Source of the DNA: an uncultured delta proteobacterium
GTDB taxonomy: Bacteria; Desulfobacterota; Desulfobacteria; Desulfobacterales; B30-G6
Assembly: GCA_963823335.1 (NCBI GenBank)
Contig: CAWGLD010000007.1
Location: 160,001-224,000, forward strand
Length of the DNA stretch: 64,000 nt
Direction: 5' to 3'
Shown: in pieces, positions 41,710-50,887 of the stretch
How the letters are laid out: each line of letters starts with the position of its first letter
How positions within the stretch are numbered: the first letter of the stretch is position 1
Program-made: the position numbers and the translations under genes
The notes under the pieces: model-generated
The model's input: only the letters and a program-made list of their open reading frames with translations
The model's database searches: none
What the model was told of the DNA's origin: nothing

Positions 41710-42153
41710 ATGAGTACCATCAAACATACAGCAGGTTTCCATATAAACCAGCCAATAGACATACTATTTCCTTTGTTTAGCGCAGAAGGAGAAAAACTTT
41801 GGGTTCCAGGCTGGGATTATGAAAGCATAATGGGATACGGCGATCTTCATGAGGACTACATTTTTTTAACAAAGAATCATGACCATGCTTCGACTGATGC
41901 GATTTGGCTCGTAAAACAATATAAGCCGGAATCCCATTTTGTGCAGTTTTATAAGGTCGAACCAGAAGATAAAGTAGGCATTATTACTGTTCAGTGCACA
42001 AAGATGAATGAATCCCTAACTCAGGTTGATGTCAGCTATGAATATATAGGTTTAAGTAAAAAGGGTGATGAATTTATAGAAAGTTTTACATCGGCTGAAT
42101 ACAAAGCGTTTATTGCTGAATGGAATAGTTTGCTTGTGGGTTACTTTGAATAA
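41710..42153 (+). CDS. Hypothetical protein (possibly SRPBCC/START-like)
   Basis: LFPLFSAEGEKLWVPGW; fills the R2-R3 interval. Confidence 0.7.
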   Translation: MSTIKHTAGFHINQPIDILFPLFSAEGEKLWVPGWDYESIMGYGDLHEDYIFLTKNHDHASTDAIWLVKQYKPESHFVQFYKVEPEDKVGIITVQCTKMNESLTQVDVSYEYIGLSKKGDEFIESFTSAEYKAFIAEWNSLLVGYFE

Positions 42154-42167
42154 AATATCAAAGCATC

Positions 42168-42338
42168 TTAGCAGTAAAAACAAAGATGTCAGACACATAA
42201 AATTTTACCGGTGTGCGAATATAATCACAATCGACCAAATCTTGCATTCATAACCTTCTCCGTGGTACCGTAAGGATGCCCAAATGGTATCTGACAAATT
42301 CCCAAATTGTCAAATAGTTGGACTTGTCTCCATCTATC
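42168..42338 (+). repeat. 171-bp array repeat R3 (left end degenerate)
   Basis: Colinear with R1; right-arm subtype shared with R11. Confidence 0.9.
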
Positions 42339-42387
42339 CTGTATTGGGATGATAATTTGTGAGCAGCTGGAACCTATAAGGCAACAA

Positions 42388-42564
42388 ATGACATATAATT
42401 TCGATCCTGACCGATGGTACGAAAATGAACTTTTCGTAATTCAATCAAAATATAAATCTGGCCAAATGACCAAACAAGAGCATAATGAGGCAGTCGAGGA
42501 ACTTGATCGAAAGCATACGATGATGTGGGAACGATTAGACGGTTCCTATCAAATTTTAAAATAG
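42388..42564 (+). CDS. Small hypothetical protein (58 aa)
   Basis: MTYNFDPDRWYENE...MWERLDGSYQILK; fills the R3-S1 interval. Confidence 0.65.
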   Translation: MTYNFDPDRWYENELFVIQSKYKSGQMTKQEHNEAVEELDRKHTMMWERLDGSYQILK

Positions 42565-42600
42565 ATATCTGCAACTTGGTCTAACCGGTAATGTTCTCCA
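42564..42600 (+). repeat. 37-bp short site S1
   Basis: GATATCTGCAACTTGGTCTAACCGGTAATGTTCTCCA. Confidence 0.75.
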
Positions 42601-42737
42601 AAAGTTGGCTGGAAGTTGGTTTTCTGACAATCTGACATTTCGTGAGGCTCAAATTACGGTCATCCATTTCCACTATTCAATCATAATATCGCAATAGATG
42701 GCAAATTTTCCATCGAATATTACTGTTCGGGCAAACA

Positions 42738-43279
42738 CTATGAATGCGGTTCATCGCCTGCTAATCTCAGTTTATCACATTCCTCTAAATAAGCTTTAGC
42801 AAGCAATATTTTTCCGTTCACATGACTTGGATTTTCTTGGCAGAAAGGTTCTAATTCTGCTATTACATCATCGTATTTTTCTTGTTCAAACAAACCACAT
42901 GCCTTGGAATATGGATCTGTTGGCTCAGTTGGAGAGAGTTCTCCATACAGTTCTGCCTTTTTACAGATAAGACTAGAAGCCATCTCAAAAAAAGGGTTTT
43001 GGCTCAAGTTCAAGGCGACCTCGAACTTCAACCCGCAGGTGCCCGCAGGAAATGCCCTTGGGGTGCATACTGAAGTATCCCGAGGAGTTGAAGCAAGGGA
43101 CCAACACAGAAATTGGGTCAAAAAACTTTTTTGAGATAGCTTCTAATCTGTTGTTCTGTTGTTCCTTCCTCCGTCATTGCCCTTATGAGGGCTTAAGAAC
43201 AAGGATTGGGCAGACAAAGAGATGGAAACAAGATGGACAATAGTAAGAGGTACGGTAAGATTCTGTGAAGGTGTTTCAT
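42738..43279 (-). pseudogene. Secreted TPR-like protein, disrupted
   Basis: Signal peptide MKHLHRILPYLLLLSILF; in-frame TAA at codon 29; element 42974-43145 interrupts EQQI/SLICKK, which rejoin in frame when it and one TA are removed. Confidence 0.65.
42974..43145. mobile_element. ERIC-like palindromic element with TA duplication
   Basis: Ends TAGAAGCCATCTCAAAAAA / TTTTTTGAGATAGCTTCTA; about 26 extra internal bases relative to 41216-41360. Confidence 0.8.
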
Positions 43280-43483
43280 AGCGGCCATATCCTTTATTAA
43301 GGTTTGGAGCAGCTACTAAAGCACATATATAATTACACCATCAAAAAGATAAAGGAAGGATTAGGGTGTATATACTTGACATTACACGTTATCTTTGGCA
43401 CCTTGCTACTGGTGATGATCAGATTTTGCCTGCAAGACGTTTTATTACTTTTAAATGTTCTGGGAAACTGAGGGAGAGGGTTA

Positions 43484-43849
43484 ATGGTAGATAACTCTCG
43501 TCTGGTATACTCGACTGGCTCCGGACGGATCTGCCCTGATTGCGGAAAGACTGCACAAAAATGTTCCTGCAAAAGGAAGAAAGTCAAACTCCAGAGTAAT
43601 ATACATATTGACGGAATCATTCGTATCAGTAGAGAATCGAAAGGTCGGAAAGGTAAAACGGTGACCGCCATCTCAGGGTTTCATGAAGGTACCGATGACC
43701 TTAAACAGATTGCTAAGAACCTAAAAAGCCACTGTGGTTCCGGTGGTTCGATTAAGGACGGGATTATCATCATTCAGGGGGATCACCGGCAGACGATTCA
43801 AAGTGAATTGCAGAAACAAGGTTTTAAGGTAAAACTTGCTGGTGGGTAA
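43484..43849 (+). CDS. SUI1-family translation factor (YciH-like)
   Basis: SRLVYST, KGRKGKTVTAI, CGSGGSIKDG.IIIQGDHR. Confidence 0.9.
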   Translation: MVDNSRLVYSTGSGRICPDCGKTAQKCSCKRKKVKLQSNIHIDGIIRISRESKGRKGKTVTAISGFHEGTDDLKQIAKNLKSHCGSGGSIKDGIIIIQGDHRQTIQSELQKQGFKVKLAGG

Positions 43850-43978
43850 GACTGTATGAAAAAGATACGGGATGATAACCCAAAAATATGTGGGTGCTTC
43901 CCTTCAGCTTTTCGGGCTGTCTTTGCATGGTTTATGAGCCCGTTAAAAATAGTTTAATAAAAACTGAGGTGATAAGGT

Positions 43979-44581
43979 ATGAAACGGATTCTATGCCATG
44001 GAGACAGTTTGACCGAGGGGACGGATATCGAGGTAGCATACCGCTGGCCGTCCTTGTTGCAAAATGCACTGGGTACAGAGGTGATCAATACCGGTATCGG
44101 GGGCGATACCACAGCAGGACTGCTAAGCCGATTCTCAACAGATGTGATTCCCCGCAAGCCTGATGCGGTGATCCTCATGGGGGGAACCAACGATTTCTGG
44201 TGGGACCTGCCGACCAACAATGTACTTGCCAACCTTTTTTCCATGGCCTACCAGGCCCAGTTTCATGGAATTGCGCCTCTGTTTGGATTGCCAATTCCAC
44301 TTGATGGTGATCGGGCAGCCAAACAACCGTACAGTCCACCTGAATCGGGCTATGACCAACTGCTGATTAAAATGAAGTCTCTGGGACAAAGACTAAAAGC
44401 CGCAGCAGACGAGAGTGATATCCCTGTCCTGGATTTTTACCACCTTTTCATTGATGACGGCGGTCAACTCCGCTCACATTTGTTTTTGGATGACGGAGTG
44501 CATGCCAATCGTCAAGGACATAGACTGATGGCAGAATTGGCCACATCAAAAATTGGGAACCTCTTCTTGTTAAAAACCTGA
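43979..44581 (+). CDS. GDSL/SGNH hydrolase
   Basis: GDSLTEG, NTGIGGDTT, GGTND, DGVH. Confidence 0.9.
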   Translation: MKRILCHGDSLTEGTDIEVAYRWPSLLQNALGTEVINTGIGGDTTAGLLSRFSTDVIPRKPDAVILMGGTNDFWWDLPTNNVLANLFSMAYQAQFHGIAPLFGLPIPLDGDRAAKQPYSPPESGYDQLLIKMKSLGQRLKAAADESDIPVLDFYHLFIDDGGQLRSHLFLDDGVHANRQGHRLMAELATSKIGNLFLLKT

Positions 44582-44606
44582 CCCTTGCGGATCTGGAATT
44601 GAAGCT

Positions 44607-44663
44607 ATGTTTATCTACTTAGACACAGAAACCACTGGCTCAGGATCAGAAGACAGACTTTGC
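44607..44663 (+). pseudogene. 5' stub of a DEDDh 3'-5' exonuclease gene
   Basis: MFIYLDTETTG ExoI motif, then runs into intron-like sequence. Confidence 0.55.
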
Positions 44664-44816
44664 CATGCCTTCCCCTTAACGCTCACCACAATGGCTCTTT
44701 ACCGATGCAGCTTAAGGTGGTTTGAAGCCTGCTCCTGTAAGCCGACTCCGAGGGGCCTGCCCTCATCTTCTGTGCAGTTACGCACACTTTATATTAAAAG
44801 TGCGCTCGTGGCGCAC
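44663..44816 (-). mobile_element. 5' fragment of a group II intron (part of domain I)
   Basis: Minus strand begins GTGCGCCACG (GUGYG 5' splice consensus), then hairpin GCGCACTTT..AAAGTGTGC; no RT ORF or domain V seen. Confidence 0.65.
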
Positions 44817-44825
44817 TTGGAAGCA

Positions 44826-45500
44826 TCAAAGGTTTTGATTGGCATCTGGAAATTTCACATTTTTTAATTTTGTGTTATTGAGTTTAACATTACTCATGTG
44901 AGCATTAGCGAAATTGGTATTGAAAATTTGAGCGTTGTGGAAATTGATCTCTCGCAGTGTTGCATTGCTAAAGTCAGCCAATTGGATGGTGCTATCTGTT
45001 AAGTTGATATGTTCGAGTACCGCGGACTCCCATGTTGAGTATCTGAGGTTGGTACCCGCAAGATTAGTATTTTGGAGTACAGCTTTCGATAAATATGCAT
45101 TATGAAAGAAGGTCCCGCTAAAATCGACATCTGCTACGGTAGCATTGGAAACCTCTGCAAATTGGAGATTGGCTCTGGTAGCATCGCAGCCCTCCAAGAC
45201 AGCCCCTGTCAGGATACTCCATTGAAGATGGGCCTGACTTAGTCGGCATCCCCGAATTATAGCCCCTTGGAAATTAGATGTCCTTAAATTGGCTCCAGAA
45301 AAATTGACATCCTGAATAACCGCTCTTGTCAGGATGACACCAAACAACTCACGACCAGATAGGTCTATTCCTTTCAATTCAGCCTTTTTCCCAAGCTTGC
45401 CCTTTGATTCCAGCCATTGTCGATGATGCATCAGCACCAAATCTAAATCATGAAAGGATATTTTTTTGCGAGGCGTGTTCTGCATATAACTATTTATCAT
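44826..45500 (-). CDS. Pentapeptide repeat protein
   Basis: HRQWLESKG..G..AEL, then A(N/D)Lxx repeats. Confidence 0.9.
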   Translation of the reverse strand: MINSYMQNTPRKKISFHDLDLVLMHHRQWLESKGKLGKKAELKGIDLSGRELFGVILTRAVIQDVNFSGANLRTSNFQGAIIRGCRLSQAHLQWSILTGAVLEGCDATRANLQFAEVSNATVADVDFSGTFFHNAYLSKAVLQNTNLAGTNLRYSTWESAVLEHINLTDSTIQLADFSNATLREINFHNAQIFNTNFANAHMSNVKLNNTKLKNVKFPDANQNL

Positions 45501-45521
45501 ATTTTGTTCGAATTTCTGTTT

Positions 45522-45818
45522 TTAGGGATGTTGGGCCTTCTTAACTGCAGCCGAAAGTACTTCCCTATCTGGAATATTGTCAAAAGCGATACACTCGTTG
45601 ATTACAATTGATGGCACGGCAGGCATTCGGTTACAAATTGCCCTAAGTTCAGCGTGTCGCATCACACCCTCTTTGGACCCGACATCGACCACCGTCCATT
45701 GAAGGGCTCCCTTCTCAAATTCGGGGGCAATTTCCTCCAGTATTGCAAGTGCCAAATCACACAACATGCACCCTTTCTTTTTGGCAATAATTTCGACCAT
45801 TACGTTTTGCGAATCCAT
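45522..45818 (-). CDS. Thioredoxin-like protein
   Basis: GCMLC CxxC and VPSIVIN cis-Pro motif; start uncertain. Confidence 0.7.
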   Translation of the reverse strand: MDSQNVMVEIIAKKKGCMLCDLALAILEEIAPEFEKGALQWTVVDVGSKEGVMRHAELRAICNRMPAVPSIVINECIAFDNIPDREVLSAAVKKAQHP

Positions 45819-46366
45819 GTGCCTATATTCCTTTTCGAGCATCTTCAATTTTAATCTTATATGTTTTTGTCTTAATCCCGAAGTGATATTGCTGTGGTGA
45901 TTGAATGGAGGGTATCGTGCCCTCCATACTCTTGAAAAAATTGTCAGAAATCTACTAATCCAGCAAGAAGAAATATTGTGATACCATCATTTCATTGAGA
46001 GCCTGCTGATTTGTGATACCATGTCTTTCTAATGTTCGTCGAAATGTAATATTCTCTTATGCCAGGTTTGCATGAGGCTGTGATCTGTGGTTGATATCTC
46101 AGGCCTCTGAAGCCAGCAGCGATCAGCACTAAATGCTGCCAATAATTGAATCATAAGCGGCCTCCTTCAACGATCAAGTGATCCGTTGAAATCTGTAAAA
46201 TAGATTGACCGCTTCTGTGTATCAACATATACAGTCTCATTTACGGATTGAAGGCTGCCCGCAGCATGCGAAGCACGGCCGCACGGCAGAACCTGCGGGT
46301 AATGCGCCCACTATTACCGGTTCAAGTCACGCCACATGAACCGGGTATTCTAAAAATAGATTAATC

Positions 46367-47821
46367 ATGACCAACCTACAACATACTGAGAAAAAAGACA
46401 ATTCAAAGATAGAAGATATGCCTGCATTAAAGGCGTCGATAAAAGACGGGGTATCCCACGCAGTGATGATGGGCAGCGGAGAGACCTATCTGGGCCCATT
46501 CGGAATTTTTCTGCACGCCAGCACATTGCAAGTTGGCTTGCTGGCCAGTTTACCGCAACTGTTCGGAGCCGTTATGCAATGGGCAGGAGCTATCAATATG
46601 GACCGCATTCGCAGCCGGCGACAGGTGGTCATTGTCGGCGCCGCAATCCAGGCCTTGACTCTCATTCCCATGGCACTGATCCCATTTTTTTTCGGAAAAG
46701 GATCCTCGCCGGTCCTTTATCTATTGGCATTAATCATGGTCTATCAGGCGGCCAATGGAGCTGTTTTGCCGGTTTGGAACAGTCTGATTGGCGACCTTGT
46801 GCCAACGGATATCCGGGGGCGGTATTTCGGCCAGCGCAACCGTTTGATCGGGATGAGCACCTTTATCGCTCTTTTGATTGCCGGTGTCATCTTGCATATC
46901 TTCGCAAAGGCGGGCATTCCAGAATGGGGGTTTTTGGTGATTTTCTCAATGGCCTTTCTGGCACGACTGAATTCCGTGCGCTGGCTTGCAAAGTATTCCG
47001 ATCCTGAATTCAAGATCATGCCGGACCAAGTTTTCACTTTCCGCCAATTCCTTAGACGATCACCCCGCTCCAATTTTGCCAAATTCGTCTTCTTTATCGG
47101 GGCCATCAATCTCTGTGTGGCATTTTCCGCGCCCTATTTCGCCCTTTACATGCTTAGGGACCTCAAATTCACCTATATTGAATTCACAGTGGTCACAGGG
47201 ATCGTCACCATCACCCAATTTCTCGCCTTTCGCTACTGGGGAGGAATAAGCGATCGATTTGGGAACAAAATGATCCTCAATGTTTGCGGCTGGGGAGTGG
47301 CTGTGGTCCCTGCGCTTTGGGTAGTTTCCCACCACATCCTGTATTTGGTCATCATCCAGATCTACAGCGGATTGGTTTGGTCCGGATTCAGCCTGGCTTC
47401 TGCGAATTTCCTCTTCGATGCGGTCACTCCGCCCAAAAGAGCGCGTTGCGTTGCCTATCAAGGCCTGGTGAACGGAATCTTTGTCATTACCGGATCATTG
47501 GCAGGCGGACTTGTTGCCGGTCATCTGCCTCGCAGTCTCTCTTTAGGTCCTTGGACCTGGAGCCCGACATTCATGCTTCCCGTCATTTTTCTCATTTCCG
47601 GGATCATGCGGATGATCGCAGCAGGGGTCTTTCTGCGAAAATTCAAAGAGGTCCGGCCGGTTGAGCCCATCCGCCATCGGGATTTCATTTTCCGCATCAG
47701 CCACATCCGGCCCATCGCCGGGGCCACCTTTAGTCTGATGACAGGCCCGTTTCGGGAGCACCGGGAGACCCATAAGGTGAATCAAGGTAACAAGGCAAAA
47801 AAGGAACGCGATCGGCAATGA
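46367..47821 (+). CDS. MFS transporter
   Basis: Many TM segments; DLVP.DIRGRYFG.R, WGGISDRFGNK. Confidence 0.88.
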   Translation: MTNLQHTEKKDNSKIEDMPALKASIKDGVSHAVMMGSGETYLGPFGIFLHASTLQVGLLASLPQLFGAVMQWAGAINMDRIRSRRQVVIVGAAIQALTLIPMALIPFFFGKGSSPVLYLLALIMVYQAANGAVLPVWNSLIGDLVPTDIRGRYFGQRNRLIGMSTFIALLIAGVILHIFAKAGIPEWGFLVIFSMAFLARLNSVRWLAKYSDPEFKIMPDQVFTFRQFLRRSPRSNFAKFVFFIGAINLCVAFSAPYFALYMLRDLKFTYIEFTVVTGIVTITQFLAFRYWGGISDRFGNKMILNVCGWGVAVVPALWVVSHHILYLVIIQIYSGLVWSGFSLASANFLFDAVTPPKRARCVAYQGLVNGIFVITGSLAGGLVAGHLPRSLSLGPWTWSPTFMLPVIFLISGIMRMIAAGVFLRKFKEVRPVEPIRHRDFIFRISHIRPIAGATFSLMTGPFREHRETHKVNQGNKAKKERDRQ

Positions 47822-48118
47822 CAAGCAAAAACTCACAAGTTTTTGTAAAAACTCGAATATTCCCTATATCATCTTGTTGAAACATACTGGTATCCATACG
47901 ATTCGAATCCAACCTCGTCAAGTACCCCACCGGATTGATCAAATCTGGTTAAGTCGACTTCAACATCGAATCCCAAATACATTTGAGTCAATAAGATGAT
48001 AACAATCAGGCAGTTGCATTTCTATCAGCTTAATATTCACACGATTACCCTAAAACGTGTGTTCACGATTGTATACCGCACGCAAAATTTTCATTAGTAA
48101 ATCTGTGATCACTGGTAC

Positions 48119-48289
48119 TCTCCAACAAAGCGGTAGATCTCAGGCCCCTAAAATATTACCGGTGTGCGAAAATAGTCACAACGGGCTAAATCTTTTGTTC
48201 ATAGGTCATTCCTGTGCCCGATTGACATAACCAGATGGTATCGGTAATTTTACCTTAAAAACTGATACTTGGTCTTATCTCCATGTATC
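48119..48289 (+). repeat. 171-bp array repeat R4
   Basis: Colinear with R1. Confidence 0.92.
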
Positions 48290-48562
48290 TATACTTTGTT
48301 GATATTTTAGTTTAGTTTCAGCAAGTGGAAATATATGGCACCCCTATTGATCATCTTTTCAATTTGTACACAATATATGTAATTATTTTCCCATTTATTA
48401 TTTACCCCACCTGTAATCTTACATAACTATAAGTAATCAATCATAATATATATATTTTGGGGCCGGTATGGCTCTTGCATAGCATTAAGAGTGCTACCAA
48501 TAATTCTTTAAAAATACTGTAATTTCCGAAACTGTTGCATAGTAATGGAGGTATTAGGCGAT

Positions 48563-49219
48563 ATGGAAACCGTTTATGACTTTGATAATTTAAGAAGAAG
48601 AAATGAGAGAAAAGAGTATCATGAACACCCATTTGATGATTACTATGAGTATCTTCAGATAAGCCCCAACGCAGATTTGGAGACCATCGAAAGAGTCTAT
48701 CGTTTGTTGGCAAAAAAATATCATACCGACAACAAAGCTACAGGAAATCTTGATAAATTTGAGCTTTTAACAAGAGCTTATAAAACCGTATCGAACCCAG
48801 AAAAGCGTGCGGCCTATGACGCGAATTATGAAGAGGTTAAAAATAATCAATGGAAGGCAATCGCCAAAGCATCCTCCTCTGAAGGATTTGGGACGGACGC
48901 GCAAATTCGTCGTACAATCTTATCAATACTTTATATAAGCCGCCGGGAGAATCCGTCAAAATCTGGAGTAGGTAATTGGCAATTGGAAAAATTGATGGAA
49001 TATCCGGAAAAAACATTAGAATTTCACATTTGGTACCTGAAAGAAAAGCGTTGGATTGAGCGTTCAGAAACTGGCGGATTTGAAATTACAGCTAACGGAG
49101 TTGATGAAATTGAAAAAGACGGGTTAATTTTGGGAAAAGATCGTTTGCTGACTGAATCATCTGAATCATCTGAAAATTATGAAAGTATTAAATTAATAGA
49201 AGGCGACAGTTCATCTTAA
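48563..49219 (+). CDS. DnaJ-domain protein (HPD replaced by HTD)
   Basis: DYYEYLQISPNA...YRLLAKKYHTD...RAAYD; start uncertain. Confidence 0.8.
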   Translation: METVYDFDNLRRRNERKEYHEHPFDDYYEYLQISPNADLETIERVYRLLAKKYHTDNKATGNLDKFELLTRAYKTVSNPEKRAAYDANYEEVKNNQWKAIAKASSSEGFGTDAQIRRTILSILYISRRENPSKSGVGNWQLEKLMEYPEKTLEFHIWYLKEKRWIERSETGGFEITANGVDEIEKDGLILGKDRLLTESSESSENYESIKLIEGDSSS

Positions 49220-49239
49220 GAGTTCAAAATCTTGTGATT

Positions 49240-49410
49240 TCTCCTACGAAAACAAAGATATCAACCCCCTGATATTGTACCGGTGTGCGAAAATAATCAC
49301 AACAGACCAAATCTTGCATTCATAAGCCCCTCCGTGGTACCTTGGCGATGACCAAATGGTATCGGTAATAATTTCAGAAGGACTGATAACTGGACTTATC
49401 TCCATAAATC
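49240..49410 (+). repeat. 171-bp array repeat R5
   Basis: Colinear with R1. Confidence 0.93.
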
Positions 49411-49597
49411 AAAGGTAAATGCCAGTATTCCCCTTTGAAAAATTTTTGAAACTTGAAATATTCTTATTACATCAGCGAATCAAGGTATTTTGAAGCTCTG
49501 AATAACTTGTAATATCCAATTTTTTAAAGCTGCTGCTATGTGCTTTTTGATTGTAATGGTCAGTTTCTCGAATTTAAATCAAAAAAAGGAGGACCAA

Positions 49598-50065
49598 ATG
49601 ATGAATAGTTTTATAAAAGCAATGATTTTAATTGGCATCACTGTATTCGGATCTATACTGTTTTTGCAGCAACCAGCACATGCTCACTGTCAAATTCCAT
49701 GTGGAATCTATGATGACCACGCGAGAGTTCAATCGATGCTTGAAGATACCGCTACCGTAGAAAAGTCAGTTAATTTGATTATTGAGTTGGCAGATAAGTC
49801 CGATGCACAATCCCAAAACCAATTGGTTCGTTGGGTGATGAATAAGGAAAAACATGCCCAGCAAATTATCTCTACCATCAGTGACTACTTTTTAACGCAA
49901 CGAGTCAAACCGAGCCAAAAAGACTATTCTGAACGTTTATTAAAGCACCATGCGGTAATTATTGCAGCAATGGAGGCCAAACAAAATGTTGATATGAAAT
50001 ACGTGAAGAACCTAAAGGATAGTGTTGAGGCTCTTTTATCTTACTATCCAGAGCACAAGCAATAA
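49598..50065 (+). CDS. sodN: Nickel superoxide dismutase family protein with signal peptide
   Basis: AHA followed by Ni-hook HCQIPCGIYD; AGGAGG RBS. Confidence 0.82.
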   Translation: MMNSFIKAMILIGITVFGSILFLQQPAHAHCQIPCGIYDDHARVQSMLEDTATVEKSVNLIIELADKSDAQSQNQLVRWVMNKEKHAQQIISTISDYFLTQRVKPSQKDYSERLLKHHAVIIAAMEAKQNVDMKYVKNLKDSVEALLSYYPEHKQ

Positions 50066-50090
50066 AAAACTCATAGAACATGGCGGCTTA

Positions 50091-50260
50091 ACTCGGACAG
50101 CATAAAGATATCAGGCACCTGAAATTTTACCGGTGTGCGAAAATAATCACAACCGCCCATTTCTTGCATTGATAGGAGCTCCTGTGGTACCTTGGCGATG
50201 ACCATATGGTATCGGTAAAATTTGCATTGGGCTTGATAACTGGACTTCTCTCCATGTATC
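50091..50260 (+). repeat. ~171-bp array repeat R6
   Basis: Colinear with R1; left end degenerate. Confidence 0.92.
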
Positions 50261-50319
50261 TGTAATGCGATAATATCCCGATACGGAAGGAATGATGGGT
50301 ATGGTAGATAGGATTTATT

Positions 50320-50583
50320 ATGGGTAGAGATAAAAATAAATTCAAGTATTTTGAAAATAAGGAATGTGAGTTTTACCCTTGTCACATTGAAGGTCAGAAT
50401 TGTTTGTTTTGTTACTGTCCTCTTTACTGGATACCAATTGATTGCGAAGGTAAATATAGAGTGTTAAGAGATGGCATAATAGATTGTTCTAATTGTACTA
50501 AACCACATGATTCTGATGGCTGGGATTTCGTTCAGAATAAGCTCAGAGAAGCTTTTAAATGGATAGCTGATAACAGGGAATAA
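50320..50583 (+). CDS. Cysteine-rich small domain protein
   Basis: FENKECEFYPCH...NCLFCYCPLY...DCSNCTKPH. Confidence 0.82.
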   Translation: MGRDKNKFKYFENKECEFYPCHIEGQNCLFCYCPLYWIPIDCEGKYRVLRDGIIDCSNCTKPHDSDGWDFVQNKLREAFKWIADNRE

Positions 50584-50706
50584 CTAATAAGGCTTCAAAA
50601 TCATAGGTTGTGATATAGTTCTTTCGGTAAACTTGAAAACCTCCCTGCTGAAACGGGGTGTCTTCCTGGCATTATGGTGAGGTGCTAATTTTAAATGAAT
50701 TAGAAA

Positions 50707-50743
50707 GATATCTGCAATTGTGCTAATATGGTAATGTTCTCCT
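50707..50743 (+). repeat. 37-bp short site S2
   Basis: GATATCTGCAATTGTGCTAATATGGTAATGTTCTCCT. Confidence 0.72.
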
Positions 50744-50887
50744 CAAAGGTTTGGGTCCTACGGGGATAATAGTAAAAATTTCAAATTCAGAAGCTCAGGA
50801 AAGATTGTTTTCTTGTATTTAACATAATATTTGATAGATGAAAATTTTTCCGTCTAATACTAAATAATTATTTCTGCACCAATAGAG

